A stretch of DNA of 63,800 nucleotides, filler included, from an uncultured Methanoregulaceae archaeon (GTDB lineage Archaea; Halobacteriota; Methanomicrobia; Methanomicrobiales; Methanospirillaceae): NCBI GenBank assembly GCA_964530035.1. It is 3 parts of 3 records of this genome, joined end to end, with 100 filler letters (N's around TTAATTAATTAA, not from the genome) between each part and the next. Parts side by side here need not be neighbours in the genome. Positions count along the whole stretch, not along the records: positions 1 to 23,867 come from CAZGXZ010000014.1; 2 more parts are not named here. The stretch is one strand, 5' to 3'. Made by a program: the position numbers and the translations under genes. This document shows positions 11,615 through 22,909 of this stretch, one piece after another. How positions within the stretch are numbered: the stretch's first letter is position 1; every line of letters starts with the position of its first letter. The notes under the pieces were generated by a model. The model was not told the DNA's origin and did not search any database. It saw only the letters and a program-made list of their open reading frames with translations.

Positions 11615-12373
11615 TTACCTGAGTGCTTTCCCGCGGACCATTCCCCCGATATCGTACAGCCTGACCCGGCGGTCCAGCCATACAAGAAGGCCCACAGACA
11701 ATCCTCCGCACAGCAGTATTATTCCTGAAAGGACAAGGGAAATGGCAGGGTCAGGATTCAGGACCTGCCTGGCCGTCAGTGCCGAGAGAAGAAGAACATG
11801 GAGGAGGACTGCACTGAAAAAAAACAAGACCGGGGCCTTCCAACGGTTCTTGCCACCCGGAAAAAGTGCCCTCGCAAGCCCCAGCCCGACCATCCCCCCT
11901 GTCACAGTCTGGACTACGGCAATGACAGGTATTGTAAGGAAAAGTTCGGGGAGAGAGCCTTCAGCCGCGGTATCTGAAATAAACGGCATGAGGATGATGC
12001 CGGTGAGGGCAAAGCCACAACCAGTCGCTATCCCGTAGACAATACCATTCTCCATTTCATCCAGGTGCCGGTGAAAGAGTGCTACCCCGCCCGTTTTCAT
12101 TCCTTCCTCGACCACTGCAACAGCAATTATTCCCAGGATCAGGACCGCGGCTGCCATAGTCTCACCCATTTCACCTCTTGCGAGGGCTCCAAGCACTGCC
12201 GCGAGGACGAACCGTGAAATTACTCCCGCAAGAGCACCGGCCATTATTGCACAGGACACCAGAAACGTGGTCTCTCTCCGGTGGACCTCGGTCCTCATTA
12301 CCCACCAGGTGATCCCCAGGACAAGGAAAACTGCAAGAGATCCGGGGAGTGCCATGTCGAGGGGTGTCATCAT
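11615..12373 (-). CDS. PrsW-family membrane protein (degenerate motifs)
   Basis: Multiple TM segments, EEGMK (EExxK), GIVYG...GFA, LLH. Confidence 0.7.
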   Translation of the reverse strand: MMTPLDMALPGSLAVFLVLGITWWVMRTEVHRRETTFLVSCAIMAGALAGVISRFVLAAVLGALARGEMGETMAAAVLILGIIAVAVVEEGMKTGGVALFHRHLDEMENGIVYGIATGCGFALTGIILMPFISDTAAEGSLPELFLTIPVIAVVQTVTGGMVGLGLARALFPGGKNRWKAPVLFFFSAVLLHVLLLSALTARQVLNPDPAISLVLSGIILLCGGLSVGLLVWLDRRVRLYDIGGMVRGKALR

Positions 12374-12456
12374 ATGGATTTTTCCCCGGAAAACGGATTA
12401 AGGCTTTCTTCCGCGGGCTAAGAAAGCCAGGCCCTGGCGTGGCATGACCCTCCCGT

Positions 12457-13587
12457 TCATCCCCGCGGGGGGGAGGGGTGGATGATTCCCGATGATTTCA
12501 GGGCAATGTTAATCCGCGTACTATACCGGGCGATGAATGAACCTGCTATCGATGTGATGATGACGATGGCGGCTATCGTGCTTGACACAAGGGCAGACCC
12601 GTAGAGTGCAGCGATTGCAATGGAAAACTCCCCGCGACCAATGATATTTGCCCAGATCTCCACCCCAGAATATACACTTTTGTGAATGACGATACCTGTC
12701 AGTATTCCAGAAAGGAACTTGCTCGCTATGGCCAGCAGGCTGATGATGATGATGGCGGAAAGTGGCACTCCCCCGGAAAAATCCACGGATACGCCGAAAA
12801 AAACGAAAAACACGACCAGGAATACATCCTTGAAAGGCCTTGCATGGACTTCGAAGGCCTCCGGATCGGTTGCACCAAGGGTTACCCCAAACGCTATGAC
12901 CATGAGGGACTCCGGGATCCCAAGGGCGATGGAGGTATATGCAATGGCCAGTACCAGGGAAAACGTGAGGAGAACCGGGAGTTCATCGTCCCGTTTCAGG
13001 ATGGCCTTCAGCTGGGGTTTACAGAACCGGGCGACGAGATAGAATATGAAGAACCCTCCAAGGATCTCGCCGATAAGGAGGAATGGGTTATCCCCGCCTG
13101 ATCCCGAAACAAGGATGAAGGCAATGAGGACGAGGTCTTCGAAGACCATCAGCCACACAATGGTCTCGGACTCAGGGTTCAGGAGCTTCCGGTTCTCAAC
13201 GAGCGATGTTACCGTCATGGCCGTGCTGCTGATAAAAAAGGCAAAACCCACGACGAGAGAGTCAAAGGGCGAGAATCCGAGGACCCATGCTGCGGCGATC
13301 CCGATAAGCATGTTGATATGGAGGTCGATGAGGCCGCTCTTGACTATGGCTGACTGGTTGCTTATGATGCGGTCGAGCTTGATCTCGAGGCCCATAAAAA
13401 AAAGCAGGAAAATAAGCCCAAGCTGGGTGAGAAATTCAGAAACGTCGTTCTGACCCACCAGCTGGAGCCCGCTTTTTCCAAGGAGCAGTCCTGCAATGAT
13501 ATAGAAGGGGATGGTAGGTAGTGACAGCTTCTTTGTAACGAGGGCCAGGATACAGCAGACAAAGAGAGCGAGGACAACCCCTTCCAT
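12457..13587 (-). CDS. CPA2 cation:proton antiporter (KhtU/YhaU-like)
   Basis: LFFMGLE, VFEDL, GRGEFS; many TM segments. Confidence 0.88.
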   Translation of the reverse strand: MEGVVLALFVCCILALVTKKLSLPTIPFYIIAGLLLGKSGLQLVGQNDVSEFLTQLGLIFLLFFMGLEIKLDRIISNQSAIVKSGLIDLHINMLIGIAAAWVLGFSPFDSLVVGFAFFISSTAMTVTSLVENRKLLNPESETIVWLMVFEDLVLIAFILVSGSGGDNPFLLIGEILGGFFIFYLVARFCKPQLKAILKRDDELPVLLTFSLVLAIAYTSIALGIPESLMVIAFGVTLGATDPEAFEVHARPFKDVFLVVFFVFFGVSVDFSGGVPLSAIIIISLLAIASKFLSGILTGIVIHKSVYSGVEIWANIIGRGEFSIAIAALYGSALVSSTIAAIVIITSIAGSFIARYSTRINIALKSSGIIHPSPPRG

Positions 13588-14072
13588 TACGACACCAGGA
13601 ATTCACGTTCAAAGGTCTTTAACTGGTCCGACTCACCGATGACAACCATGGCATCACCTGGCTCGAATACAAAGGTGGGAGCAGGGTTGATGACATTCTG
13701 CGCCCCGCGTGAGATTGCGATGATCGTCGCACCGGTTTTAGCCCTGACCGAGAGGCCTTCGATGGTCTGACCTGTCATCGTTTTTGGAACCATGTAGGCA
13801 TGGACACTGATCCTCAGATCGGAAAGGGCTGAAAAGGCAATTTCAACACTTTCCCTGTCAGCTTCCATGATGGCTCCGGAAAGGATATTACCGAGTCTCC
13901 GTGCCTCGGATGCAGAAAGCTCGGCGACACATGGAGCAGGTGCATCCTTTGGAAGGTTGTACATCTGGATATTCCCGTTTTTCATGAAAAATATGGCAAC
14001 CGTGTCCCCTTTATCAGTCGATATCTCATATTTCGTCCCGATACCCGGAAGTGTGCTTGAACGAAAGCCCAT
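13587..14072 (-). CDS. RCK-C regulatory subunit (KhtT/YhaT-like)
   Basis: LPGIGTKY N-terminus and C-terminal TrkA-C; coupled to the antiporter. Confidence 0.85.
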   Translation of the reverse strand: MGFRSSTLPGIGTKYEISTDKGDTVAIFFMKNGNIQMYNLPKDAPAPCVAELSASEARRLGNILSGAIMEADRESVEIAFSALSDLRISVHAYMVPKTMTGQTIEGLSVRAKTGATIIAISRGAQNVINPAPTFVFEPGDAMVVIGESDQLKTFEREFLVS

Positions 14073-14412
14073 ACCTATTGGTTGGACAGGCATTCCACTA
14101 ATAAATAACTCTCAAAATTGACAGTATTAAGCCCAGGGATGAGCATTGGGTGAAAGGGCAATACTATTCTTCTCACCGGACAGGGACTCCCGGGGATGTT
14201 GTATCAGGAATCCCGTGCCTTCTGAACGGGATTATATTCGAAACAATCCGCCGTCCTGGACCAAAACAATTCAGGAGCAGGACCTCCGAAACAAACCGGC
14301 TCTTGGGAAGAGGTGTCAAGGAAAAAGATTTTACCTCCGTTCCACGGCACCTTTAACCACTTTGCCTTCCATTTTCTATGGTACTATCCGTACGTAATGG
14401 ACTGATACTGGT

Positions 14413-15747
14413 ATGAATGCAATCCTTGTTTTTTTTGCCCTCCTCATCGTTATAGCAATAGCAGGTCTCAAATTTCGTATACCGGCTTTTTTCACCCTCA
14501 CCGCCGGAGCCATCGTCTACAGCATCATCCTGGGGAATACTGCCGATGCTGCCATCAGCATGGCGGTCGGAGGAATGGCCAGTGTCTTTGAAATCCTTGG
14601 AGTGCCCATCCTTGCCGGGTCGGTTATTGCCAAGCTCCTTCTGGAACAGGGTATGATAGAGGACCTGGTTTCAGACGTCCGGAGGGTTATAAAAAATTCC
14701 GCTATCCTCTCTGGAATTTTCAGTTTCTTCTTTGCGATTCCCACAACATGCCCCGTCTCTTCTTTTATTATCCTCGCTCCTTTCGTCGGCAACCTTGAGT
14801 CAGACAAGACGAAGAAAATCGGAATCCTCATCATTGCTGCTGTCGCGGCCACGCTCGGGACCTCGTTCTTCTATCCCACGCCGGTCGTATATCCTATCTT
14901 TGAAATCCTGAACCTCAATCTCTCCCCTCTGGTCTACGATGCCGTCGCCATCCCCGTGGCCCTTTTCGTCCTTGGTATTTTGATAGCGATCACCCTGCAC
15001 AAGTGGAAGAAGCAGGATCCAGCCGGATTGAATTCCGGATCGGGCAAGCAGGACGAAGATTCCCCGACGGGCATATCTGAAAAAGCAGACGCCGTATTGG
15101 AACCCCTCCCTGAAAACGATCCCATGACAACCGGTCCAAGGGTTCACCTGAGGGCATGGGCTCCCATGATAGCGATGCTCATTTCAGTCCCGTTGTGGTG
15201 GACGGTCATCCCGCTGTCCCATCTTTCCATCGTCCAGGCGATTATGCTGGTCGGGATGATCACCGCCCTCGTCGTTGCACACCGTGAGGTTCGGCACACG
15301 GGGTTCATCCTCGGTGCAAAACATGCCGGGGTCATCATCTTCGATGTCTGCGGGGCAGGCGCCCTGGGAATGGCGATAACCCAGAGCACATTTGCATCGG
15401 AAACCCTTCCTCTCCTGACCTCATTCCTCCCTGCGGTTTTTATTCCCTTCGCACTTGCAGCGCTACTCCAGACCGCACAGGGTTCGCGTATCGTGACATC
15501 GATCGTTACCGCACAGATGCTCGCCGGCAGTCTCCTGGTGAAGGTCATGAACCCCCTCGCGTTTGTCCTCATGGTGGGCGCAGGGGCATGTGTCGTTTCA
15601 TTTGTCACGGACCCGTTTTTCTGGGTTATCCAGAAAGAAACCGGTCAGGACCAGGTGTGGGCAGTCAAATACTATACCCTCCCTCTTGCCCTCATTGGTT
15701 GTGCAATCGGAGCTGTCGCTTTCTGCATCCAGGTGTTTTTCCCCTGA
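14413..15747 (+). CDS. GntP-family permease
   Basis: Multi-TM; AQGS and DPFFW motifs. Confidence 0.8.
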   Translation: MNAILVFFALLIVIAIAGLKFRIPAFFTLTAGAIVYSIILGNTADAAISMAVGGMASVFEILGVPILAGSVIAKLLLEQGMIEDLVSDVRRVIKNSAILSGIFSFFFAIPTTCPVSSFIILAPFVGNLESDKTKKIGILIIAAVAATLGTSFFYPTPVVYPIFEILNLNLSPLVYDAVAIPVALFVLGILIAITLHKWKKQDPAGLNSGSGKQDEDSPTGISEKADAVLEPLPENDPMTTGPRVHLRAWAPMIAMLISVPLWWTVIPLSHLSIVQAIMLVGMITALVVAHREVRHTGFILGAKHAGVIIFDVCGAGALGMAITQSTFASETLPLLTSFLPAVFIPFALAALLQTAQGSRIVTSIVTAQMLAGSLLVKVMNPLAFVLMVGAGACVVSFVTDPFFWVIQKETGQDQVWAVKYYTLPLALIGCAIGAVAFCIQVFFP

Positions 15748-15989
15748 TCCCTTTCTGCACCACGGATTGCAGGATGCCCATGCAGTTGAATCCAGGTTCA
15801 TAGGGAAATCACCCTTCAGGGGGGCCTTGTAAGTCCGATTGAGTGCTCGTTCACCCAGGCACTTTCCACCATTTCTGCATTTTCCTATGAATTGCCTGGA
15901 AAAAACAAATGCCCCGTTTCCAGGACAAGATATGGGCTGATGAGTGGTACAGATACCTGAAGAGAACTATTTACTGTTTCAAAAAGGGA

Positions 15990-16784
15990 TTACTGGTCCT
16001 TCAGGACGCAGATTGCAGCCGGGGAACGGATGAAGGGGACAAGGGTTTCAGATATGAAGAACTCAAGGTTTTCACCCGACGGACCGGTGTATCCCACGCT
16101 CATGTCCTGTCCTATGACAATTGAAGCATAATGCCTCCCGGATGCCAGGATCACTCCTCCCGATCCAAGAGCAGGTGCCTTGTAAATGCCAGCTTTCACC
16201 ATTTCCGCGATATGGGCAAGTTCAGTCCCGTCGCCCTGGGGATACCGCCTCATGAGGAGGTTGTACCGCTTGGGTGCGAGCGCCATGCAGTACGGTCCAT
16301 GGAACCCTGCATCGTCCAGGATATTAATCGCTGAAATAACATCATCCGCAGCTTTTCCAACCGTGTCCCACCGGGCCATTTTCAGAGAACCAGAACCCTT
16401 TGCAGTCATAAGACCGGGAACCCCGCTGGTACCCTGGTAGACGATGTTTTCTTCCTGCCTGGCTGCGTCAAGGGAGGCAGCGGCAACTTTCCCCAAATCC
16501 GGGGGGAGGGTCTCACGCTCAAATGCTGCAAGGTCTCTCTTTCCAAGGGTGAAACTACTGTTCACCAATGCAAGTGGCAGAAATGATGCGGTGGCCACCC
16601 CGCCTTTTGAAGGGGTATCATTCTGCGGGACCGCCTTGAGCCCGAAGCCGTAAGGGCCTTCGATGGCGAGAAGTCTTCTACCAGAGAGAAGGGTCTTTGC
16701 AGATTCGGTCATGGTGAAGTCAATCGTCTTCCAGGTCTCAGCTGATATGGGCGCATCGTTGCGCCCGAGATATGCAATGTCCAT
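15990..16784 (-). CDS. Family 1 encapsulin shell protein
   Basis: YLGRNDAPIS, GRRLL.IEGPYG, GPY.MAL, GQDMSVGY; 264 aa. Confidence 0.92.
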   Translation of the reverse strand: MDIAYLGRNDAPISAETWKTIDFTMTESAKTLLSGRRLLAIEGPYGFGLKAVPQNDTPSKGGVATASFLPLALVNSSFTLGKRDLAAFERETLPPDLGKVAAASLDAARQEENIVYQGTSGVPGLMTAKGSGSLKMARWDTVGKAADDVISAINILDDAGFHGPYCMALAPKRYNLLMRRYPQGDGTELAHIAEMVKAGIYKAPALGSGGVILASGRHYASIVIGQDMSVGYTGPSGENLEFFISETLVPFIRSPAAICVLKDQ

Positions 16785-16801
16785 TCCGGTTCACACCTCG
16801 T

Positions 16802-17161
16802 TCATTCCTTGAGTGATCCAATTGTTGCACCCGGCACATTATCCTGGCCTTCAGGGGAAGGTGCCATCGTTGCCATGAGCTCCTCCACCTCAGCCGCACC
16901 CTGGGCATAGAGGGCGGTTTCATCAGGTGCAAGGACGGACAGCAGCTTGAGGAACTCCCCTGCATGGACCCTCTCCTCGTCGGCGATATCGATGAGAAGA
17001 CGTCTGGCCAGTTCATTGTCAGTTGACTCAGCAAGCTGGGTGTAGATGGAAACCGCTTCATACTCATCGGTCACCATGAGACGGATTGAACGGACCAGTT
17101 CCTGGTGCGTAAGCATCCTGTCACTCGCCTTCACGCTGAATGCGGTTGAAAAATCTACCAC
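16802..17161 (-). CDS. Ferritin-like encapsulin cargo protein
   Basis: DEYEA...Y.Q, DEERVHAGEF, C-terminal ATIGSLKE cargo-loading peptide. Confidence 0.88.
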   Translation of the reverse strand: MVDFSTAFSVKASDRMLTHQELVRSIRLMVTDEYEAVSIYTQLAESTDNELARRLLIDIADEERVHAGEFLKLLSVLAPDETALYAQGAAEVEELMATMAPSPEGQDNVPGATIGSLKE

Positions 17162-17400
17162 TATATCGCTCCTTTCGCCGCGAACACACCATGAGTGCGT
17201 CCCCGTGCAATACTATCCATATTTTCGGTTGACTATTTATTCGCTATGATTGAGAGCACTATGGAGTAAAAGGCCAATACCTGTTGTTCTTCAGACAAGC
17301 CAAGCCGTAAAGGTACCTGGATAAAGCCATGGTTTACCGGGGATGCACCGTTTGGGCCCCCTGCCAGGGTCCGGAGAGTCACCACAATATACGAAATGAT

Positions 17401-18174
17401 TTAAGGCCGTTGTCTTTCCCCTCTGCGGTACAGCCAGAATGCGATGACCAGGACAAGGTTGACGGTGACCACGGCAAGGCACGCATAGGCTGCATAGACC
17501 CAACCCTTCCCCTGAGGCAGAGAGGGGATCGCGGCAACCCCCCCAAGCGGATCGGATACTGTTTGTGGCATACTTTTCAATGTCGGCAGACGCGTAGGGA
17601 GACGGGTTGGCGACTGGGTCTGGAGAGTGGTTGCAGCAGGTTTGACAGGGTTGGTGGTCACGGCCGTCCTGACCGTGGATACAGCCCGTGTAGTGGATTT
17701 CGGAAGGTCTGTACTGTCGCTGGCCGTCGACGGGTTTTGAATGTTCCTTGGGACTGAAGGGGTTGTTATCATGGGGGTATTCATGGTCGTGACCTCTCCC
17801 CCGACTGTTATCTCCAGTCCCTGGATTGCTCCTTCAAGGAAGTAGCCGGTTTCATGGGCCTGTCGCCCGTTCACATAGAATTCTATCTCCGGTGTTTCAG
17901 AAGCCGAGAGGTCTCCAGGTTCAGCAGTGACGGTGAGACGTTCATCGTTCGGACCTATTCCGCCATACCCTCCGGGGACTGCGGTCACAATCTCTCCACG
18001 ATCGTTTCCGTTCATTTTTGCCACAATCACGGACCCTGTCGGTGCCGGTCTGCCATCAACCGTTACTGTTCCCCAGAACTCCGTTGTCTGGGATGCCAGT
18101 GCCGGGCCCATCATGAATGCTGCCAGGAAAAAGGTTGCAAGGACTACATGAGAATATGCCGGTTTCATTGCCAC
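17401..18174 (-). CDS. Secreted membrane-anchored surface protein
   Basis: Signal peptide, beta-rich domain, Thr/Pro linker, C-terminal TM with basic tail. Confidence 0.7.
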   Translation of the reverse strand: MAMKPAYSHVVLATFFLAAFMMGPALASQTTEFWGTVTVDGRPAPTGSVIVAKMNGNDRGEIVTAVPGGYGGIGPNDERLTVTAEPGDLSASETPEIEFYVNGRQAHETGYFLEGAIQGLEITVGGEVTTMNTPMITTPSVPRNIQNPSTASDSTDLPKSTTRAVSTVRTAVTTNPVKPAATTLQTQSPTRLPTRLPTLKSMPQTVSDPLGGVAAIPSLPQGKGWVYAAYACLAVVTVNLVLVIAFWLYRRGERQRP

Positions 18175-18325
18175 ACTCGGTTCTGCATCCGGAGGTCTTT
18201 CAAGACCGCGGGCATAACAATCGTATCCATTTCGGGATACAAAAGCCTTATCTTCAACCTTCCTGCAGATATCGCATATCTGCCAAGAAGGGCCTCCCCC
18301 CGGGTCATCACCAGGGTTTCCTTTT

Positions 18326-20854
18326 TCAGATCCTGAACCGGTTCATTTCGTTTGATATTGCATCGACGATGGCTTTTATTTCAGTAATGATCGTTTCGAC
18401 CTGTTCAACCGAGGCTGAGGCCTCACGGGTCGCCAGGGCGGTGTCCACCGCATCCCTGGCAGTTCCCTGTACCAGTCCGGATACTTCGTTGACCCGTGAT
18501 GAGATATCGCCGACCACGGAGGCCTGTTGCTGTGTTACCTGCACCACCTGGTCCATATTCCGTTGGATTTCATCTATGGCCGATACAATCCGGTGGAATG
18601 TCACCAGGGTATCAGTAAGTGCTTCAGACCCGTCCCTCACCTTTTTTCCAGCTTCTTCCATCGCCCGGGCTGCCTCTATGGAGCGGGCATCAAGGGCGCC
18701 GATCATCTCTGCAATATCACCTGCGGATGAACGGGACTCTTCTGCAAGAGCCTTGACCTCCGTCGCGACAACGGCGAATCCTCGTCCGGCATCACCTGCC
18801 CTGGCCGCCTCTATGGAGGCATTGAGTGCCAGAAGGTTCGTCTGGCTCGCGAGGTCACTGATTAATCCCACAATCTTTCCAATTCGGCCCATCTGGTTCC
18901 TGATATCGGCAACGATGCACTCAACCTCACAGGCATTCCTGGTAATCTCCGCCATGCCCATCTCTGCCTTCTTGGCGTTTTCCGCACCCTTTTTCGCCAG
19001 GTCATTGGTCTGTAAAGAAAGCATGGCAACTGACCCGGTCTTCTCACTTACCTCTCTTACGGTACGGTTGAAAGCCTCCATCGACACGAGGATCTGCCTG
19101 ATGCCTTCGCCACCTTTTTCTGAGTTTCTACCTACATTTTTTGAATTTATTGCGATCTGCCCGGCGCCTGATGCGATTTCCCTGATGTTCTCCCTTGCCA
19201 GATCGGCCTGTCCTGATAGTTCGATGATATTTTGGGATACCTGGGTAAGCGAACTTGAAATACCGATCCCGATACAGTCAAGGGACTCCCTGAATCCGGC
19301 TAAATCACCTTTAACCCGGATCTCCGAGAGAAAGCGTGCTGAAAAATCCCCGCTGGCGTATCTGCCTGCAACCCTCATCGCCTCGCTGAGGGGTTCCACG
19401 ATATAGTCAACTGTCTTGTTCAGACCCTCGACAACAGCTCTGAACTCGCCCTGGAGGCTGCCGGGATCACTCCTGAAGGAAAGGTCGCCTTCATCCATGG
19501 CAGTCGCAAACTGGCCGATATCGTCTAAAAGATATTTAATTACCTCTGAAACTCGTTCAAGGTCGTTGGCGATTGCCGCATAGTCCTTACGTGCATCCCG
19601 GGTATATTCATCACCTTCCTGAATTTCCAGGTCAAAAAGGAGGTTTCCATGGGCCAAGCGGGAGAGATTGCCCGATAGCCGTGCCACCTCCCGGGAATGG
19701 TACCGGGCAAGTGCATCCTCCCGGGTGAGGTCCTGGAACAGGTAGTAAACGACATCGATGCTTCCTCCCTCTTCGATAATTGGTATCTGGTCGAGTACAA
19801 GGTATTTCCTGGCCCTTCCGGGGAGAAGGGTTTCAATCCGGGTATGCCCACTTCTCCGGGTCTCGAATGCCGAATAGAGACCATCACCGGAAACCACCCT
19901 TATCCCAAGGTCAGGAAAGGTCGAGTTCAGCAGATCCTGCCGTTTTCCCTGGAAAATATGCTTAAATGCCTGATTAATGTCAATTAACTCTTTGTCTGGT
20001 CCCAGTATGGCTATAGCGAGAGGATTTTCCCGTAACATGACATCATTGCGGTGCTGGTGGGTGAGTGTCTGTTCCATTCTGGACACCATCTCCCTTTCCC
20101 GCTTTTTTTGATCAGTGATATCGCTGTATACGACCATAACGGAAACCAGTTTCCCGGCATGGTCAACCAGGGGGATGGTGTGTTGTTCAAGTTGATGCCT
20201 GCCCGAAGGAAAATCGATAATGACCTCTGAGGTAACTCCCTCCTTCAATTCCAGTGATTCTGCGGGCATCGGTCCAAGCGGGTTTATGGCACGGAACTCA
20301 CCGGCATTCATCAGGCGGAGTTCCTTCACACTGTACCCGGACATCCTTGAAAATGCCTCGTTGGCGATTTTTATTTCCTGGTTGGGACCAATGAGAAGAG
20401 CCGGCTGCGGGTTCTGTTCTACTGTGCTGCAGAGATGCCGGGAGAGGTCGCGGATCTCCTGTTCTGATTCTTTTCGCCGCCTGTACTCTGTCACTTCCCG
20501 TTCGATAACAGGGATGAGCCGGGCATAACGGCCCTTGATGATTACGTCCTGTGCACCGGCCTGCATGATCGCGGCCGCGGCCTCTTCCCAGGAAGCATCA
20601 GAAACCACGAGGAACGGGATGTCAAGCCCTGACTCCCGGGTCAGTTTGAGAGCATCCAGGCCCCCAAAACCAGATACTGTGCAATCAGCAATGATGAGGT
20701 CCCAGTTTCGTCCGGGAAGGGTCCGAAGCAGCTCACCGGCAGTGTCAACACGTTCGTGGATAACATGGTACCCCCCCTTTTCGATTTCGTTCAGGACGAT
20801 TGCGGTGTCATCATCAGACTCGTCGATTACAAGAACATTCAGGACCTGGACCAT
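18326..20854 (-). CDS. Soluble methyl-accepting chemotaxis protein, REC-PAS-PAS-HAMP-MA
   Basis: [28 protein letters not shown]-terminal receiver fold; no TM. Confidence 0.92.
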   Translation of the reverse strand: MVQVLNVLVIDESDDDTAIVLNEIEKGGYHVIHERVDTAGELLRTLPGRNWDLIIADCTVSGFGGLDALKLTRESGLDIPFLVVSDASWEEAAAAIMQAGAQDVIIKGRYARLIPVIEREVTEYRRRKESEQEIRDLSRHLCSTVEQNPQPALLIGPNQEIKIANEAFSRMSGYSVKELRLMNAGEFRAINPLGPMPAESLELKEGVTSEVIIDFPSGRHQLEQHTIPLVDHAGKLVSVMVVYSDITDQKKREREMVSRMEQTLTHQHRNDVMLRENPLAIAILGPDKELIDINQAFKHIFQGKRQDLLNSTFPDLGIRVVSGDGLYSAFETRRSGHTRIETLLPGRARKYLVLDQIPIIEEGGSIDVVYYLFQDLTREDALARYHSREVARLSGNLSRLAHGNLLFDLEIQEGDEYTRDARKDYAAIANDLERVSEVIKYLLDDIGQFATAMDEGDLSFRSDPGSLQGEFRAVVEGLNKTVDYIVEPLSEAMRVAGRYASGDFSARFLSEIRVKGDLAGFRESLDCIGIGISSSLTQVSQNIIELSGQADLARENIREIASGAGQIAINSKNVGRNSEKGGEGIRQILVSMEAFNRTVREVSEKTGSVAMLSLQTNDLAKKGAENAKKAEMGMAEITRNACEVECIVADIRNQMGRIGKIVGLISDLASQTNLLALNASIEAARAGDAGRGFAVVATEVKALAEESRSSAGDIAEMIGALDARSIEAARAMEEAGKKVRDGSEALTDTLVTFHRIVSAIDEIQRNMDQVVQVTQQQASVVGDISSRVNEVSGLVQGTARDAVDTALATREASASVEQVETIITEIKAIVDAISNEMNRFRI

Positions 20855-20958
20855 ACGTGACACGCTCTTCCCTCTTCCCGGGGCATGGGATCTTAATCGA
20901 TCAGGCACACGTACAATGTACCTCATTGAATTTTGTTTAAAGCATTTTTGACCGTTAT

Positions 20959-22803
20959 TCACGGAAATGTAAAGAAGAAAGCTGCACCTTTTCCCGGCAT
21001 GCTTTCAGCCCAGACCGTACCTCCGTGGCGGTGCACTATCCTTTGAACGATAGCCAGACCGATACCGATGCCTGAAAACTCTGATTCGGCATGAAAACGT
21101 TTGAAAGGAGCAAAGAGGTCCGATGCCGATGCCGCGTCAAAACCGGCCCCATTGTCTCTGACAACAAAGACGGGAGTTCCATTCCGGCTTCTTTCCTCCA
21201 GGATCTCAATTCTCGGGTCGTCTTTACGTGATGTATATTTCCAGGCATTTCCGATAAGATTGCGGAGCATTACCTCAAGGAGTGCCTTGTCCCCTTCTAC
21301 GACCATGCCCGGTGAAATGAAAATATCAACAACCCGTTCCGGGTCCTCGCTTTGGAGGTCCGCGACAATACCTCTGGCCAGAGATGTCAGGTCGACCGGT
21401 TCAGACTTGAAATCTGCTTTGTTGACCCTCGAAAGTCTTAAAAGATCAGTGATCAGGTTCTGCATCTTCTTTGTTGCGGTCATGATCCGCTCAATAATAT
21501 ACTTCATTTCAGGCTTGGCGTCCCCACCGAACTTGTCAAGGAGGATTGTAGCATATCCCTCTATCACCCGGGCCGGTGCCCGGAGGTCATGGGAGACCGA
21601 GTAGGCAAATGCCTCGAGCTCGTGGTTCGTTGCCTCAAGTTGTTGCTGCTGTTGTTTCAGCAGCAGCATTGTCCGGTTTCGCTCCGTTACATCGCGGATA
21701 ACAACCTGGTTATAGGCATCGTCCCCGATGGCAACATAGGTGCATGTAATGTCAACCGGGATTTCATGCTGATAACGGCCGATAATGGAGATATCCGAAA
21801 GGACTGTGGCGGAATTTTCCCGCGAATCCAGGAGATACCGGTTCCATGCTTCCCTGTCCGAATCGCGAAGTATTTCAGGAATCGTTTTTCCGACAAGTTC
21901 TTCTTGGGACATGCCGGTAATCGAGAGGGCCTGCCTGTTCACCTCGAGGATTTTTCCGGTGGTGGGTTCTGTAAGGAATAGTGCATCGGCAGCCTGATCG
22001 AGGAGGGTACGGAACTTCATCTCTGAAGCCCTGAGAGCCTCCTCCATGACCATCCGTTCTGTTATATCCCTGGAAAGTCCCATCAACTCAAAAACCCGGT
22101 GGTCATTGTCAAGGAGAGGGACAAGCCAGGTCTCCAGCCAGATGAAACCCTGCTTTCCCGGGATCCTTGAGACATGAGAGAACGGGGTGACCGAGCGGTA
22201 CACCTTTTCCAGGTGGGTATTGAACTCTTGTGCAATGTCAGAAGGGAAAAAATCAGGGATTGTTTTCCCGACGAGCTGGCCCGACTCCCTTCCAAGCATC
22301 ATCGCACCATAGGTGTTGACGTATCTCAGGACACCCTCGGGATCCAGAATGAATATCGCATCATGTGCCGATTCTGCAAGAGTCCTGTACCGCTCTTCAC
22401 TTTCCTTCAATTTTTCAAGCGCCCGTCTCCTCCCGACTGCCTTGAGGATTACGTCACGCATCTCAAGGAACTGCGTCCTTGGACTGACATCGCCTTTCTG
22501 GAGGAGGAAAAATGCCCCTGAGTTCATTGCCTCTATTACAACCTTTTCCCGGCTCCTGCCGGTATACATGATGAAGGGGATCTCACACCCGTCCCTCTTG
22601 AGCCGGTTCAGAAAAGCAATGCCGTCCAGGTCTGGCATCTCATGATCTGAAACGATGACGTCGAACGGCATTTCCTGAATCTTTTCAAGCGCTGAAATGG
22701 CCGAAAGCGCAGGAGTAACCCTGATATCAGGATCTTTCTCGAGGTACAGCTTGGCCACCTCGATGATATCAGGCTCATCATCCACGAAGAGGACGTTGAT
22801 CAT
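20959..22803 (-). CDS. Hybrid histidine kinase REC-PAS-PAS-HisKA-HATPase
   Basis: VDDE/SDHEMP receiver, [29 protein letters not shown]. Confidence 0.93.
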   Translation of the reverse strand: MINVLFVDDEPDIIEVAKLYLEKDPDIRVTPALSAISALEKIQEMPFDVIVSDHEMPDLDGIAFLNRLKRDGCEIPFIMYTGRSREKVVIEAMNSGAFFLLQKGDVSPRTQFLEMRDVILKAVGRRRALEKLKESEERYRTLAESAHDAIFILDPEGVLRYVNTYGAMMLGRESGQLVGKTIPDFFPSDIAQEFNTHLEKVYRSVTPFSHVSRIPGKQGFIWLETWLVPLLDNDHRVFELMGLSRDITERMVMEEALRASEMKFRTLLDQAADALFLTEPTTGKILEVNRQALSITGMSQEELVGKTIPEILRDSDREAWNRYLLDSRENSATVLSDISIIGRYQHEIPVDITCTYVAIGDDAYNQVVIRDVTERNRTMLLLKQQQQQLEATNHELEAFAYSVSHDLRAPARVIEGYATILLDKFGGDAKPEMKYIIERIMTATKKMQNLITDLLRLSRVNKADFKSEPVDLTSLARGIVADLQSEDPERVVDIFISPGMVVEGDKALLEVMLRNLIGNAWKYTSRKDDPRIEILEERSRNGTPVFVVRDNGAGFDAASASDLFAPFKRFHAESEFSGIGIGLAIVQRIVHRHGGTVWAESMPGKGAAFFFTFP

Positions 22804-22886
22804 AACACTCTTTACTACTCTAAAAAGGGTGTTTCCCAGATAATTTAAGGCATATGTATATCCTCTGCATAATTATTTCAGAAAAG

Positions 22887-22909
22887 CCTGGATGAGGGTC
22901 TCATCCAGG
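22887..22909. promoter_or_regulatory. Perfect 10-bp inverted repeat upstream of the kinase gene
   Basis: CCTGGATGAG-ggt-CTCATCCAGG. Confidence 0.45.

Noticed and set aside
18117..19406. Long plus-strand ORF (429 aa); similar ones at 53294-54553, 36767-37855 and 48203-49270
   Set aside because: Antisense shadows of well-supported genes in GC-rich DNA
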